A program made the position numbers and the translations under genes. From the NCBI GenBank assembly GCA_030622955.1, contig JAUXFM010000002.1, positions 1 to 60,964 on the forward strand: a DNA stretch of 60,964 nucleotides. The letters are read 5' to 3'. The notes below the pieces were generated by a model that was given only the letters and a program-made list of their open reading frames with translations, did no database searches and was not told the origin of the DNA. This DNA comes from Lentisphaerales bacterium (GTDB lineage Bacteria > Verrucomicrobiota > Kiritimatiellia > JAUXFM01). Below are positions 11,409-20,936 of this stretch, piece after piece (the stretch's first letter is position 1; each line of letters begins with the position of its first letter).

Positions 11409-12292
11409 TTTTTCCTCCTAAGCAAGAATACTCCTGCAAAAACAAGTGCTGCGGCGAGGTAGTCCATGCATTCAATCGATTCATTGGCAATCAGAACGCC
11501 AATGAAAAGGGCAACAATCGGCGGAATATAGGTTGCAGAAGAAGCCGTTACTGCCCCCAACTTGTCGATAACGTAATAGTACATTATGAAAGCTGCACCA
11601 GTACCCAACAGCCCGAGCCCAACGACTATTCCTACAGCAGGATAGAATTCCGTCCAGATATTGCCGATCCCTTTGTAGTTCGTGAAGCATGCAAGAAAGA
11701 TCAACGCGAGTCCCATCTGGTATGCCGTGAGCGCCCCGCTCTTTATCTTCAGCGGCGTAATGAATTTCTTTGTGTAGACGAATGATGAGCCTACGCTCAA
11801 TATGCCCGCCAACATATAAAGTACTGCCTGCATGTTGCTGCTCAATAGCTGCTCCGCACTCGGTCGTGCAACAAGAGCCAGCCCTACGAATCCCAGCATG
11901 ATCCCGACAGCTTTCTTGAAGGAGAGTTTCTCTTCTTTCAGGAATGCCATCGTCAACAGGAACGAGATAATCGGGCTCCCGCCACTGACGATTCCTGCAA
12001 CTCCCGAATACAACATCGACGTGCCCTTGGCGAAGCTGTAGTAGTACGTCGCCGTTAAGAAAGCCATGACAGCAAAATGGCCAATATGCCTGGCATGTGC
12101 GCGCCTGAATGCACGCGTGAATATCGCATACAACAGCACGGGGCTAAACCCGAAGAGAACCCTGAAAAATGCGATCTGGTCCGGCGTGATCAGGGTAGAT
12201 GCCATCTTCATGTAGATGAAGTTGCAGCCCCAGATCAAGCCCAACACGCAAAACACTATCGCCGGCACGTATCTCTGCTTAGATTCATTCAT
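11405..12292 (-). CDS. DMT-superfamily (EamA-like) transporter
   Basis: About 10 hydrophobic segments in two EamA-like halves. ATG 12292 (MNESKQRYVPAIVF...) is preferred over the ORF-track start at 12382. Confidence 0.85.
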   Translation of the reverse strand: MNESKQRYVPAIVFCVLGLIWGCNFIYMKMASTLITPDQIAFFRVLFGFSPVLLYAIFTRAFRRAHARHIGHFAVMAFLTATYYYSFAKGTSMLYSGVAGIVSGGSPIISFLLTMAFLKEEKLSFKKAVGIMLGFVGLALVARPSAEQLLSSNMQAVLYMLAGILSVGSSFVYTKKFITPLKIKSGALTAYQMGLALIFLACFTNYKGIGNIWTEFYPAVGIVVGLGLLGTGAAFIMYYYVIDKLGAVTASSATYIPPIVALFIGVLIANESIECMDYLAAALVFAGVFLLRRKK

Positions 12293-12439
12293 ATCACAAG
12301 AGGCAACTGGATTGAACCATGATTGCACGGAGTTTCGTGCAAAACAAGGCGCTTGCGGCAAAAATACCCGAATCACAAGCAACGCGGCTCCGCGTAAAAG
12401 CTGTGTGCAACCCGCTTTTGAGACAGGTTCTATTTAATC

Positions 12440-13993
12440 TCATTCTTCAATCGGCATCCATCTCTCGGTGGCAGGGAACTGCTCCTCCGGACCTCTGCCC
12501 GCAATGTACTGATCAATGCGCACAACTTTGTGGTTCTCCCAGGTGCCGTGGTAGAAGTTGCCATCGCATGCCTCCAGCATCATTGTGCCCAGTTCTTTTA
12601 GCTTGTCCGGTCGTTCTTCTGCCAGGTTGTTCTGCTCTTGGTAATCGTCAGGCAGGTAGAAGAGCTGGAACCTGCGGCTCGGTGTGATGTATCGAATCTT
12701 CCATCCGTCCGGTGTCGCGAGCCCCGGCCCGAACCTTCCGGCGAATGCAACATATTCATGTTGTGGCTGCTCTTCACCTTGCAAGGTCGGCAAGAAGGAC
12801 ACCCCGTCTTTCCAGCTCGGAAATTTCACACCCAACAGATCTGCGACCATCGCCATCGTGTCGTAATTCGCCAGCAGGTGATCGCTCACGCTGCCCTTGT
12901 CCTTAATCCCTGACCAACTCACTATGAACGGTATCCTTGCTCCGCCCTCAAGGCTGAAGGTTTTGCAGCCAGCCAGGCCGTCATTGCCGTTGAATACATC
13001 ACCGACTAATTCACTGGTGTAGTTGAGGTCGATATTATCGATTTGCCTACCATCCAGAGTGAGATTGCCCCGCGTCGTACGCCCCTCCTCGGGATAGTAA
13101 ACGGCATGCCCGTTGTCTGACGCGAACAGGATCATGGTATTGTCTAGGATCCCGAGCTTCTCGAGCGTTTCCCGGATCAGGCCGACAGTGTCGTCCAATC
13201 TCAGGATCATGGACGCATATTCCTTCTCATAATCCGTGAGTGTCTCGACATCCTTCACACCCTCATGGATCTCGGGCACCGATATGGGGCCGTGCGGAAG
13301 CTGCGACGGATGATACAGAAAGAAAGACTGATCCTTGTGTTTCGTTATGAACTCCACGATCTTCCCGTTGAACAGGTCTTGGGAATACACTTCCTTCCCG
13401 GTCATATCCCAACGCTTATTCCGTTTCTCCGGCGTTTCGCCTGTGGGGTTCACTCCGCAATCGGGATCACTATTGCCGGGGATCTCGACAAGCTCACCGT
13501 TCTCGAACAGGAACGGTGGATAGAATCCATGGCAGCGTTCGTGATCGTAATAGCCGTAATGATAATCCCAGCCGTGTTTCGCGAGACGCTCTGGCGTAGT
13601 TGAAAAGCCCCACTCAAGCTTGCCGACCTGGCCGGTCACATAGCCGGCTTTCTTGGCCATGTGCGGGAGGAATTCCTCGTCTTCACGTTCATTGAAGCTG
13701 GTATTATTGATCAACTCGCGGATCTGTTCATAGGTTCTTGTTTTATGCGAGATCTCTTTGTAGATCCTCGCCTCGTTGTAGCTCCATCTGCCGGCATGGG
13801 AATCGTGATAGCCGGTGATCAGGCTTGCGCGGGCTGGCGCGCAGACAGCGCAACCATAGGAACGGGTGAACCTCACACCTGTTTCGGCAAGTCGATCGAT
13901 ATTCGGCGTTTTGAAATGCTTCTGACCATAACAACTGAGCATCCCGCGACCCAGGTCATCGGCATACACATAGATAATATTGGGTTTAGACAC
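12440..13993 (-). CDS. Cys-type sulfatase (arylsulfatase family), no signal peptide
   Basis: N-terminus KPNIIYVYADDLG and FGly motif CAPAR in GCAVCAPARASLITG. GTG 13993 lies 9 nt after GGAGGA. The ORF-track TTG at 14017 is less likely. Confidence 0.9.
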   Translation of the reverse strand: MSKPNIIYVYADDLGRGMLSCYGQKHFKTPNIDRLAETGVRFTRSYGCAVCAPARASLITGYHDSHAGRWSYNEARIYKEISHKTRTYEQIRELINNTSFNEREDEEFLPHMAKKAGYVTGQVGKLEWGFSTTPERLAKHGWDYHYGYYDHERCHGFYPPFLFENGELVEIPGNSDPDCGVNPTGETPEKRNKRWDMTGKEVYSQDLFNGKIVEFITKHKDQSFFLYHPSQLPHGPISVPEIHEGVKDVETLTDYEKEYASMILRLDDTVGLIRETLEKLGILDNTMILFASDNGHAVYYPEEGRTTRGNLTLDGRQIDNIDLNYTSELVGDVFNGNDGLAGCKTFSLEGGARIPFIVSWSGIKDKGSVSDHLLANYDTMAMVADLLGVKFPSWKDGVSFLPTLQGEEQPQHEYVAFAGRFGPGLATPDGWKIRYITPSRRFQLFYLPDDYQEQNNLAEERPDKLKELGTMMLEACDGNFYHGTWENHKVVRIDQYIAGRGPEEQFPATERWMPIEE

Positions 13994-14059
13994 TCTCGTC
14001 ACTCCTCCCGGCTGCAAAGACGATTAACTAATAGCCAATCACACCTAACTACTGACCGA

Positions 14060-15577
14060 TCAGTCGTCAATTATCGGTCTACTGCCCCACCACTCTTCGC
14101 TCGGCTGCCACTCGGCATCCAGGTACTGGGCATGCTCAATTTCCAGTTTTGCCATAACTTCTGTCGCCTGCTCCGCGAGAAATGCCTGTTCCTTTTCCGG
14201 ATCGTACTCGGGATCAGGGTATGGGAGCTTCGCGTCGGTATCTTTCAACCACTTGTCCAAGCGCGCACGCATCTCTTTGGCAATGGCCTCATTCTCGCCG
14301 AACACATCGGTCTCTTCACCGATATCGGTTTCGGTGTTGTACAGCTCGTCATGGTCGTCTTCGTAATAGTGTATCAGTTTCCATGGTCCGTTACGAATGA
14401 TGGCGGAAGGATCGCCTCCCTGATTACCATAGTGCGGGTAATGCCAAAAGAGGTCGCGTTCTTCCAGTTCTTTGTCCTGCCCACCCTTGAGCAATGAAAC
14501 AAAACTACGGCCGTCGATCACCTGCTCCGCAGGAACCGATTCGCCGGCAAGTTCGAGCAATGTCGGATAGAAGTCGATGCCAGAAACCGGCACATCGCAG
14601 GTAGATCCAGCCTTAACAGCTTTGGGATACCTGACATAAAGTGGTTCACGGATGCCACCTTCCCACTGACGTCCCTTGCCGCCACGAAGCGGCAGCATCG
14701 AAGATGCGTAGTCATCACCAGAAGACACGCCGCCATTGTCGGACGTGTAACAGACAATGGTGTCTTCAGCGAGTCCCAGCTCATCGAGCTTGTCGAGCAC
14801 GATTCCGACAGCGTCATCCATTGACTCGATCATGCCTGCGTAGATCGGACAATCCTGCACCTGACGCACCGGTTTTCTTCTGTCGAACTTGAATCGCTTG
14901 TCGGCCAATCCCTGCGAGATGGCCTTCCTGCGATACTTCTCCCAGAGTTCCTGTGTTGTCTGGATCGGACAATGTACTGAATAGAACGACATGTATGCCA
15001 TAAACGATTCATCCTTGTTGTCCTCGATGAATTGTGCAGTCACCCTGCCCAGTTTTATCGGAAGCGATTCACCAGGGCCATCGGCTTCACAGTTATCCAG
15101 ATCCCATGGTGAGAAGTAGCCGTTGCGCGGGCTGCCGTGGATCGTGCCACCCCTGTTGATGTCAAATCCGAAATCTGTTGGTAATGCACCTTTCCCGCCA
15201 ACATGCCATTTCCCTGCGAAATGGGTCTTGTATCCCGCACGACGCAGCACTTCGGCAAATGTGATCTCGTCAGATTTTAGAGCGCGCCTATATTCAGGTG
15301 GCAACGTTTTCGTGAATCGTCCTGTTCTGCGCCATCTCTCGCCGCTGGGTGCACCAATGAAATTGGTGATCCCGTGGCGTGGAGTATATTTGCCGGTGAA
15401 GATGCTTGCACGGGATGGGCTGCAGACCTGGCATGCGGCATATCCTCGAGTAAAAAGCATGCCTTCGTTCGCCACGCGATCGATATTGGGGCTTTCGTAA
15501 AACTTGCTGCCACCTGCACTGAGATCGTTCCAGCCGAGATCGTCCGATAATATGAATATGATGTTTGGTCGCTTCAT
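14060..15577 (-). CDS. Cys-type sulfatase, no signal peptide
   Basis: MKRPNIIFILSDDLG, CSPSR in CQVCSPSRASIFTG, and CYTSDNGG. An AAGGAG SD lies upstream of ATG 15577. Confidence 0.92.
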   Translation of the reverse strand: MKRPNIIFILSDDLGWNDLSAGGSKFYESPNIDRVANEGMLFTRGYAACQVCSPSRASIFTGKYTPRHGITNFIGAPSGERWRRTGRFTKTLPPEYRRALKSDEITFAEVLRRAGYKTHFAGKWHVGGKGALPTDFGFDINRGGTIHGSPRNGYFSPWDLDNCEADGPGESLPIKLGRVTAQFIEDNKDESFMAYMSFYSVHCPIQTTQELWEKYRRKAISQGLADKRFKFDRRKPVRQVQDCPIYAGMIESMDDAVGIVLDKLDELGLAEDTIVCYTSDNGGVSSGDDYASSMLPLRGGKGRQWEGGIREPLYVRYPKAVKAGSTCDVPVSGIDFYPTLLELAGESVPAEQVIDGRSFVSLLKGGQDKELEERDLFWHYPHYGNQGGDPSAIIRNGPWKLIHYYEDDHDELYNTETDIGEETDVFGENEAIAKEMRARLDKWLKDTDAKLPYPDPEYDPEKEQAFLAEQATEVMAKLEIEHAQYLDAEWQPSEEWWGSRPIIDD

Positions 15578-15833
15578 GTTTCTCCTTTACTAGTGTCCGG
15601 TTTGCCCGACAGCAGTGTTTCTGCTTACAGAATCACCAGAGGGTCAATCCCGTGAAGCTACAACACCTTGCGGTGCAACTAAAGACAGAAAGGATTTCTA
15701 TTTTGTGGACAAATCAAGAAATCCAACAAACCGGGGACAGGCATAACTCACGCATCCACCTCGTGTAGGACGGATCAGCTTGCCCTTCATAGCTCGCAGA
15801 GCGACGCAGGGCCGGTCCACAAGCCCGCAACGA

Positions 15834-16184
15834 CTACAAGGACATGAAGGCACAGAAAACGGGGGCGTTGCCCAGGCTCCAGAACAGGGATGCGCCAAAC
15901 ATGCCAATGATAGACCACCGTGACGGCTGGATAATCCCCCATATGAAACATGTGCTCGCACCTATGAGACCACAGACCATAGCGATGCCAATCAGTTTTG
16001 AGTAGAACTGGAAGAAGACCTGGATGCCAAACGTCATCTCGAATGGCGCAAGCACAAGTGCGCCAATGTAATTGCCAGGATCAAGCGTGACGCCGTTAAC
16101 CGGCGCAGAGATCAGAGTGCCCAGCAGCACCCCCACAATATGAGCGGTGACCAATAATCCCAATGCTATGAATCTTCTTTTCAT
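15834..16184 (-). CDS. small integral membrane protein (about 4 TM), unknown function
   Basis: 116-aa ORF, strongly hydrophobic throughout, with ATG at 16182-16184. No family recognised. Confidence 0.5.
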   Translation of the reverse strand: MKRRFIALGLLVTAHIVGVLLGTLISAPVNGVTLDPGNYIGALVLAPFEMTFGIQVFFQFYSKLIGIAMVCGLIGASTCFIWGIIQPSRWSIIGMFGASLFWSLGNAPVFCAFMSL

Positions 16185-16228
16185 GCGGCAGCTATCATAA
16201 AGATTTTTTCTTTTCTTCTTGGACGGCG

Positions 16229-16237
16229 CCCCCCCCC
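16229..16237 (-). repeat. homopolymer C9 (G9 on the coding strand) 45 nt upstream of the 15834..16184 start codon
   Basis: Counted directly: ggacggcg-ccccccccc-attatg. Confidence 0.9.
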
Positions 16238-16402
16238 ATTATGAGCCGCTCTCTGTCCTCTGGTGTGTAGAAGTCGATTACTTTCACCAAGAGGTCTTGC
16301 AGTGGATTCAGGAAAGCGCATCTCGAATTGAGCTGGAAACATGCCGCAACAGGGTTCTCACCAGTAAACTATTATCTTGCGGGCTGTGTGACCCTGGCCG
16401 CT

Positions 16403-17812
16403 TTAGACATCTTTGCGATATCGCTCGTCGCCCACTTTCTCCTGTAGGCGATGTAGTTCGTCTGTCAGTTCCTTCGCAATATCGGCATATGCCGGATCAT
16501 TGTACACATTGCACATCTCGCGGGGGTCCTTCACGAGATCGAACAACTCCCATTCAGGTTCGTATGTTTCATTTTTGGCACCTTCTTGTCCGAGCCCATC
16601 GCTATAATAGTAGATCAACTTATGCGTCTTTGTCCGTACACCGTAGTGCGCGTACACGTTGTGACCCTTGTGCATCCAGTAACGATAGTACATGGAGGTC
16701 TGCCAGTCCTCAGGGGTCGCTCCATTGAAGACAGGTCGACAGTTCCGGCCCTGGAATGACTCGGGAATCTCGATCCCTGCCAAATCGAGGAAGTAAGGCG
16801 CGAAGTCTACGTTGAGAATCATGTCTTCATTCGCCGTGCCCGGCTTGATCTCGCGCGGATAACGGATCAGGAACGGCATACGCAACGATTCCTCATACAT
16901 GAATCGCTTGTCGTACCAACCATGATCGCCAAGGAAGAAACCCTGGTCGGACGTATAGATCACGACAGTATCTTCAGCCAAGCCTTCCGCATCCAGGTAA
17001 TCCAGGATCCTGCCGACATTATCGTCGATCGATGCTATCACGCGAAGGTATCGTTTGATGTAGCGCTGATAGGCCCATTTTCGGAGCTCGTTCTCGGACA
17101 TGTTGTCATTGATCTCTGCATCGAGATCATGCTCATGCATATGTACACCTACCCGCATCTCGGCCGCTTCAGCGGCCGACGCCCGATTCTTGTAATCATC
17201 GTAGAGCGTTTCAGGTTCCGGGATTTCCTCGTTCAGATACATGCTTTCGTGCTTTTCGTCGGACTCCCAGTTGCGATGCGGCGCCTTGTGATGACAAAGC
17301 AGACAGAAGGGCTTGTCCTTGTCGCGCTTCTTCAACCAGTCGAGCGACATATCGGCAATCAGGTCGGTTGCATAGCCCTTGACCAATTTGCGTGTTCCAC
17401 CGTCGGGCCCTTTGAATATGAAATCGGGATTGTGATATCGGCCCTGATCCGGCAGGACCGTCCAATCGTCAAATCCAGTGGGGCAGTGCCCCGGCCCTGT
17501 CCCAAGATGCCATTTGCCGAACACGGCCGTTTGGTATCCGTTGTCCTGCAACAGCTTCGGGAAGGTCGGCAACTGGTTGTCCATCTTCGTCACAAGGGTT
17601 GTGACCCTGTTCACGTGATTATAAGTGCCCGCCAGGATAGCTGCACGGCTTGGCGTGCAGATCGAGTTAGTGCAGAAGCAGTTGTCCAATCGCATGCCTC
17701 CTTCGGCAATACGATCGAGGTTCGGGGTCTTGTTGATCTTGCTGCCATATGCGCTGATCGCATGAGCCGCATGATCATCCGACATGATGAATATTATATT
17801 TGGTGTTTTCAT
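16403..17812 (-). CDS. Cys-type sulfatase, no signal peptide
   Basis: MKTPNIIFIMSDDHA, CTPSR in SICTPSRAAILAG, and IYTSDQGF. Confidence 0.92.
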   Translation of the reverse strand: MKTPNIIFIMSDDHAAHAISAYGSKINKTPNLDRIAEGGMRLDNCFCTNSICTPSRAAILAGTYNHVNRVTTLVTKMDNQLPTFPKLLQDNGYQTAVFGKWHLGTGPGHCPTGFDDWTVLPDQGRYHNPDFIFKGPDGGTRKLVKGYATDLIADMSLDWLKKRDKDKPFCLLCHHKAPHRNWESDEKHESMYLNEEIPEPETLYDDYKNRASAAEAAEMRVGVHMHEHDLDAEINDNMSENELRKWAYQRYIKRYLRVIASIDDNVGRILDYLDAEGLAEDTVVIYTSDQGFFLGDHGWYDKRFMYEESLRMPFLIRYPREIKPGTANEDMILNVDFAPYFLDLAGIEIPESFQGRNCRPVFNGATPEDWQTSMYYRYWMHKGHNVYAHYGVRTKTHKLIYYYSDGLGQEGAKNETYEPEWELFDLVKDPREMCNVYNDPAYADIAKELTDELHRLQEKVGDERYRKDV

Positions 17813-17897
17813 TTTGCGCTTTCTTTACGTTCTTGTCAGCCCTTCGTAGCCATTGACGTAGCAGGGCGGCCATTCGTTCTCTGAAGCAAACGAATGT

Positions 17898-18976
17898 TCA
17901 ACTCATCACTTCTGCTTCATCGCCTCTTTTCCCGCCCCTTTCGGGCCGGCCCAATATTGCTGTCCTACGCCTGTCACCGGCTCGCGGCTCCCATCCAGCA
18001 TGGGGTTCGGCATATCTCATGAAGAACCCATCCAGCTTGCTCTTCAACTCTTCAAGCATCCCCTCTGCTTCCGACTGCCCGGAGAGATTCTTCGTTTCAC
18101 AGGGATCTTCTTTCAGGTTGTAAAGCTCGTGCGGCCCATAGACGTAGCGATGCACATACTTCCACTGTTCGGTCCGGATCATTCGCACCGGCCCGTACTC
18201 ATCAAAGACAACGACATTGTCACGGCGTTCGATCTTCTCACCTTTCAACAATGGCGCAAAACTCTTGCCCGGCAATTTGTCAGCTTCGGGATTGTTGAGT
18301 CCCACGTTTCCTCGGGGTGGTTGACACGATTCAACGGAGTGTGCGGCGCAGTGTAATGGACCCCCAGATAGAATGGCGTGTCAGAATCCTTCTGCTGCTC
18401 AAGAAATCGAAGCGCGTTGTTCGTAAAATGGTCCGTGATATACTCCGGCTCCAATGCTACCTCACCATCCTTGATAATCGGCGCGTTGTAGTATCTGCCG
18501 CCGCCCTTGGCGTGCGCTTCCCGGAATGTGTAACCTTTCTGCGCGTGATGCGCATCGCCCATGTGCCATTTGCCGCTCAGGCCACACACGTATCCATCGG
18601 CTGCCAGGATGTCCTTATAGCCCGGCATGCCTGCCAAGTATTCAATCAGCTCGCCCGTTTGTTCAGTCACCAGCTTCTCATCTGCGGCTGCATTCCATTT
18701 CTCGATGGTCGTATTGCCGTGGCATAGCCGGTCGTGGACAGCGTGCTGTGAGGGAATGCGGCCTGTCATGATCAATGCACGTGCCGTCGAGCAGGCGGGT
18801 GACGCGCAAAAGAAATTCTCGTAACGTATGCCTGTAGCTGCGATACGATCGAGGTTGGGTGTTTTGATCTCGCTGTTGCCTGCACAACCCATGGCCCATG
18901 GATCCTGATCAGCGATCAGGATGAAAAGGATGTTAGGCTTGGCCGAGGGGTTCAGAGTTCGTGACTCGGAGCTCAT
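17898..18976 (-). pseudogene. sulfatase pseudogene (frameshift plus internal deletion, degenerate FGly motif)
   Basis: Two overlapping ORFs (18245..18976 and 17898..18305) carry the N- and C-terminal sulfatase parts. The junction reads ...YTAPHTPLNRVNHPEE / GLNNPEADKLPGKSFAPLL. The central TSD(H/Q)G segment is missing. The motif reads C-S-T-A-R instead of CxPxR. Confidence 0.75.
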
Positions 18977-18988
18977 TATCGCGTTTCC

Positions 18989-20428
18989 TTAATGTAGAAT
19001 ATCATTCGGCACTGCCAGTGAATGGAAGCCGGGCCATTGGCCGCGCAGTTCCTGTTCCGTAGGAGTCGGGCGAACCGGCAGATCGCCATGCTCGAGCCAC
19101 TCGTCGTTCACGCGTTTCATTTCATCAATCAATGCCTGGCGCAACTCCGCCTTCTTTGCCGCCATCGACTCATCATTCGCCAGGTTGTTCTGCTCCATGG
19201 GATCGGTCTCCATATCGAACAACAGCTCTTCCCCGCCGTGATAGCAGTAGTGGTACTTATACTGCCCGTCATGTACGGCATAGTATTCCTCGCATTGACC
19301 AAAGAAATGCGAGCGGGCCTGCTCCCCGCGCGCCACGGCCATGAGGTCCAGCCCGTCACATTCCTCTCCCACCTGAACATCGGCACCCGCGGCCGCAAGA
19401 CAAGTCCTGTAGACATCGGCCGGTATTGCGAATGAATCGCATGTGGTTCCCTTCATCTCTGCCGGCATCATCGATGCCGGTGGCCGAACGAGCATCGGTA
19501 CGTGAGCGGAGCCTTCCAGGAAGCGTGATTTGGCGCCAAGATGATGGTCGCCCAGGAGGTCGCCATGATCGGACGTAAAGATAATGAACGTGTTGTCCAA
19601 CAGATCCATTTCACGCAGCCGTGCAATCAGACAACCAAGATTGTAATCTACCTGCGTAATGCAGGCGTAGTAGGCACGACGCGCATCACGGATCAGTTCC
19701 GGGCTGAACCGATCGCAGTTGTTGAGGACAAGGGTGTCTTTCTTCCACCCGGTCGGGATGCTTGAAGCATCTTCCGACCAATCACCGTAGACGGGTTCGG
19801 GCACGGTCGCGTTCTGATACATCAGCCAATACGAGAGACAGGGATCGTAGGGCGGATGTGGTTTCGAGAAACTTGCCCAGAGAAAGAATGGGCGGCTGTC
19901 ATCACGTGTTTCGATAAAATCGACCGACCGGTCCACGATCCAATGTGTCAGGCTATTGGTTTCGTCAACTGTGGAAATGCCCGGCGCCATCTCGTTCTGG
20001 CCCAGTCCCGTGTTTGCGGGAGTGCCTTTTTCCGGATGGCGCGCCATGTAGCGATAGTAATCCTCCAACAACTCCATGTGCTCAAAACCATAGTTAGAGC
20101 GCTTCGGCTTGAAGTGCATTTTGCCCTGAGCCCGTGTCTGGTAGCCGGCTTTTGTCAGCACGCCCGGCAGGCTCGTCTCTGCGTTGATGGGCTTCACTTT
20201 CTCCGTGTTATAGGTCAGGCCAGAACGATAGCCATGCTTTCCGTTCATGATCGTGGCGCGAGTAGGAATGCAAAGGGGCGCATCACTGTAACAGCGCGAG
20301 AACCGGATTCCGTTATCAACCAGCCAATCGAGGTGTGGTGTACGTATATGCGGATTCCCTGCCGCATGAATCGTGTCAAAGCGTTGCTGATCAGTTGTTA
20401 TTAACAGGATGTTAGGTTTTGGCTTCAT
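18989..20428 (-). CDS. Cys-type sulfatase, no signal peptide
   Basis: MKPKPNILLITTDQQ, CIPTR in PLCIPTRATIMNG, and IFTSDHGD. Confidence 0.92.
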   Translation of the reverse strand: MKPKPNILLITTDQQRFDTIHAAGNPHIRTPHLDWLVDNGIRFSRCYSDAPLCIPTRATIMNGKHGYRSGLTYNTEKVKPINAETSLPGVLTKAGYQTRAQGKMHFKPKRSNYGFEHMELLEDYYRYMARHPEKGTPANTGLGQNEMAPGISTVDETNSLTHWIVDRSVDFIETRDDSRPFFLWASFSKPHPPYDPCLSYWLMYQNATVPEPVYGDWSEDASSIPTGWKKDTLVLNNCDRFSPELIRDARRAYYACITQVDYNLGCLIARLREMDLLDNTFIIFTSDHGDLLGDHHLGAKSRFLEGSAHVPMLVRPPASMMPAEMKGTTCDSFAIPADVYRTCLAAAGADVQVGEECDGLDLMAVARGEQARSHFFGQCEEYYAVHDGQYKYHYCYHGGEELLFDMETDPMEQNNLANDESMAAKKAELRQALIDEMKRVNDEWLEHGDLPVRPTPTEQELRGQWPGFHSLAVPNDILH

Positions 20429-20936
20429 GGTTAATTGCTCCTGGTTGCTGATTCATAAATGACGATCCTAATTACAGTCTAAATTGCTCTTGGCATGCCC
20501 CGATAGCAATAGCAGTCATACTGCGAATTCCAATAGCCTGTTACAAGGATGAAGTACTCCGATCTGCCCGTCTCTAGCCCGAACATTTCATGAGTTGTCG
20601 TCGCGAAAGATTGAAGAGTGCTGTTAATATTGTGTCTTAGCAGTGATACTGAGGCAGCGGCATATTGCAATATGACAATGTCGCGTTTTGCAAGAAGTGC
20701 AACCGTGGCAGTGCTATCCAAGCCTGCAACAAATCACTCGTGTAAAGTTGGGACTAGACTGCCGCCTGTGACAAAACGGCGATATCTCCGTGCAAAACAC
20801 AAACTCCTGGTTCTGGCTGAGATAGATGTGAATCCTGAGAAAGGCGGAAACTGAAAATTGCAGAAAAAGGATCATAGAGCTTCAAACACGCTTCAGAGCT
20901 GCTACATTTGATATCGAAGGGGGAAAGCGTAAAGCA

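Noticed and set aside
13661-14497. 278-aa plus-strand ORF.
   Set aside because: It runs antisense across two different sulfatase genes and their intergenic gap, so it cannot be a conserved coding unit. The same reasoning applies to 16922..17884 (320 aa), which is antisense to the third sulfatase.
20429-20936. 508-bp divergent intergenic region with two ~80-aa ORFs (20479..20721 on the minus strand, 20618..20854 on the plus strand). I looked for an sRNA, a riboswitch or repeats.
   Set aside because: I found no convincing hairpins, repeats, SD-linked starts or known riboswitch cores by eye. It is most likely just two divergent promoters.
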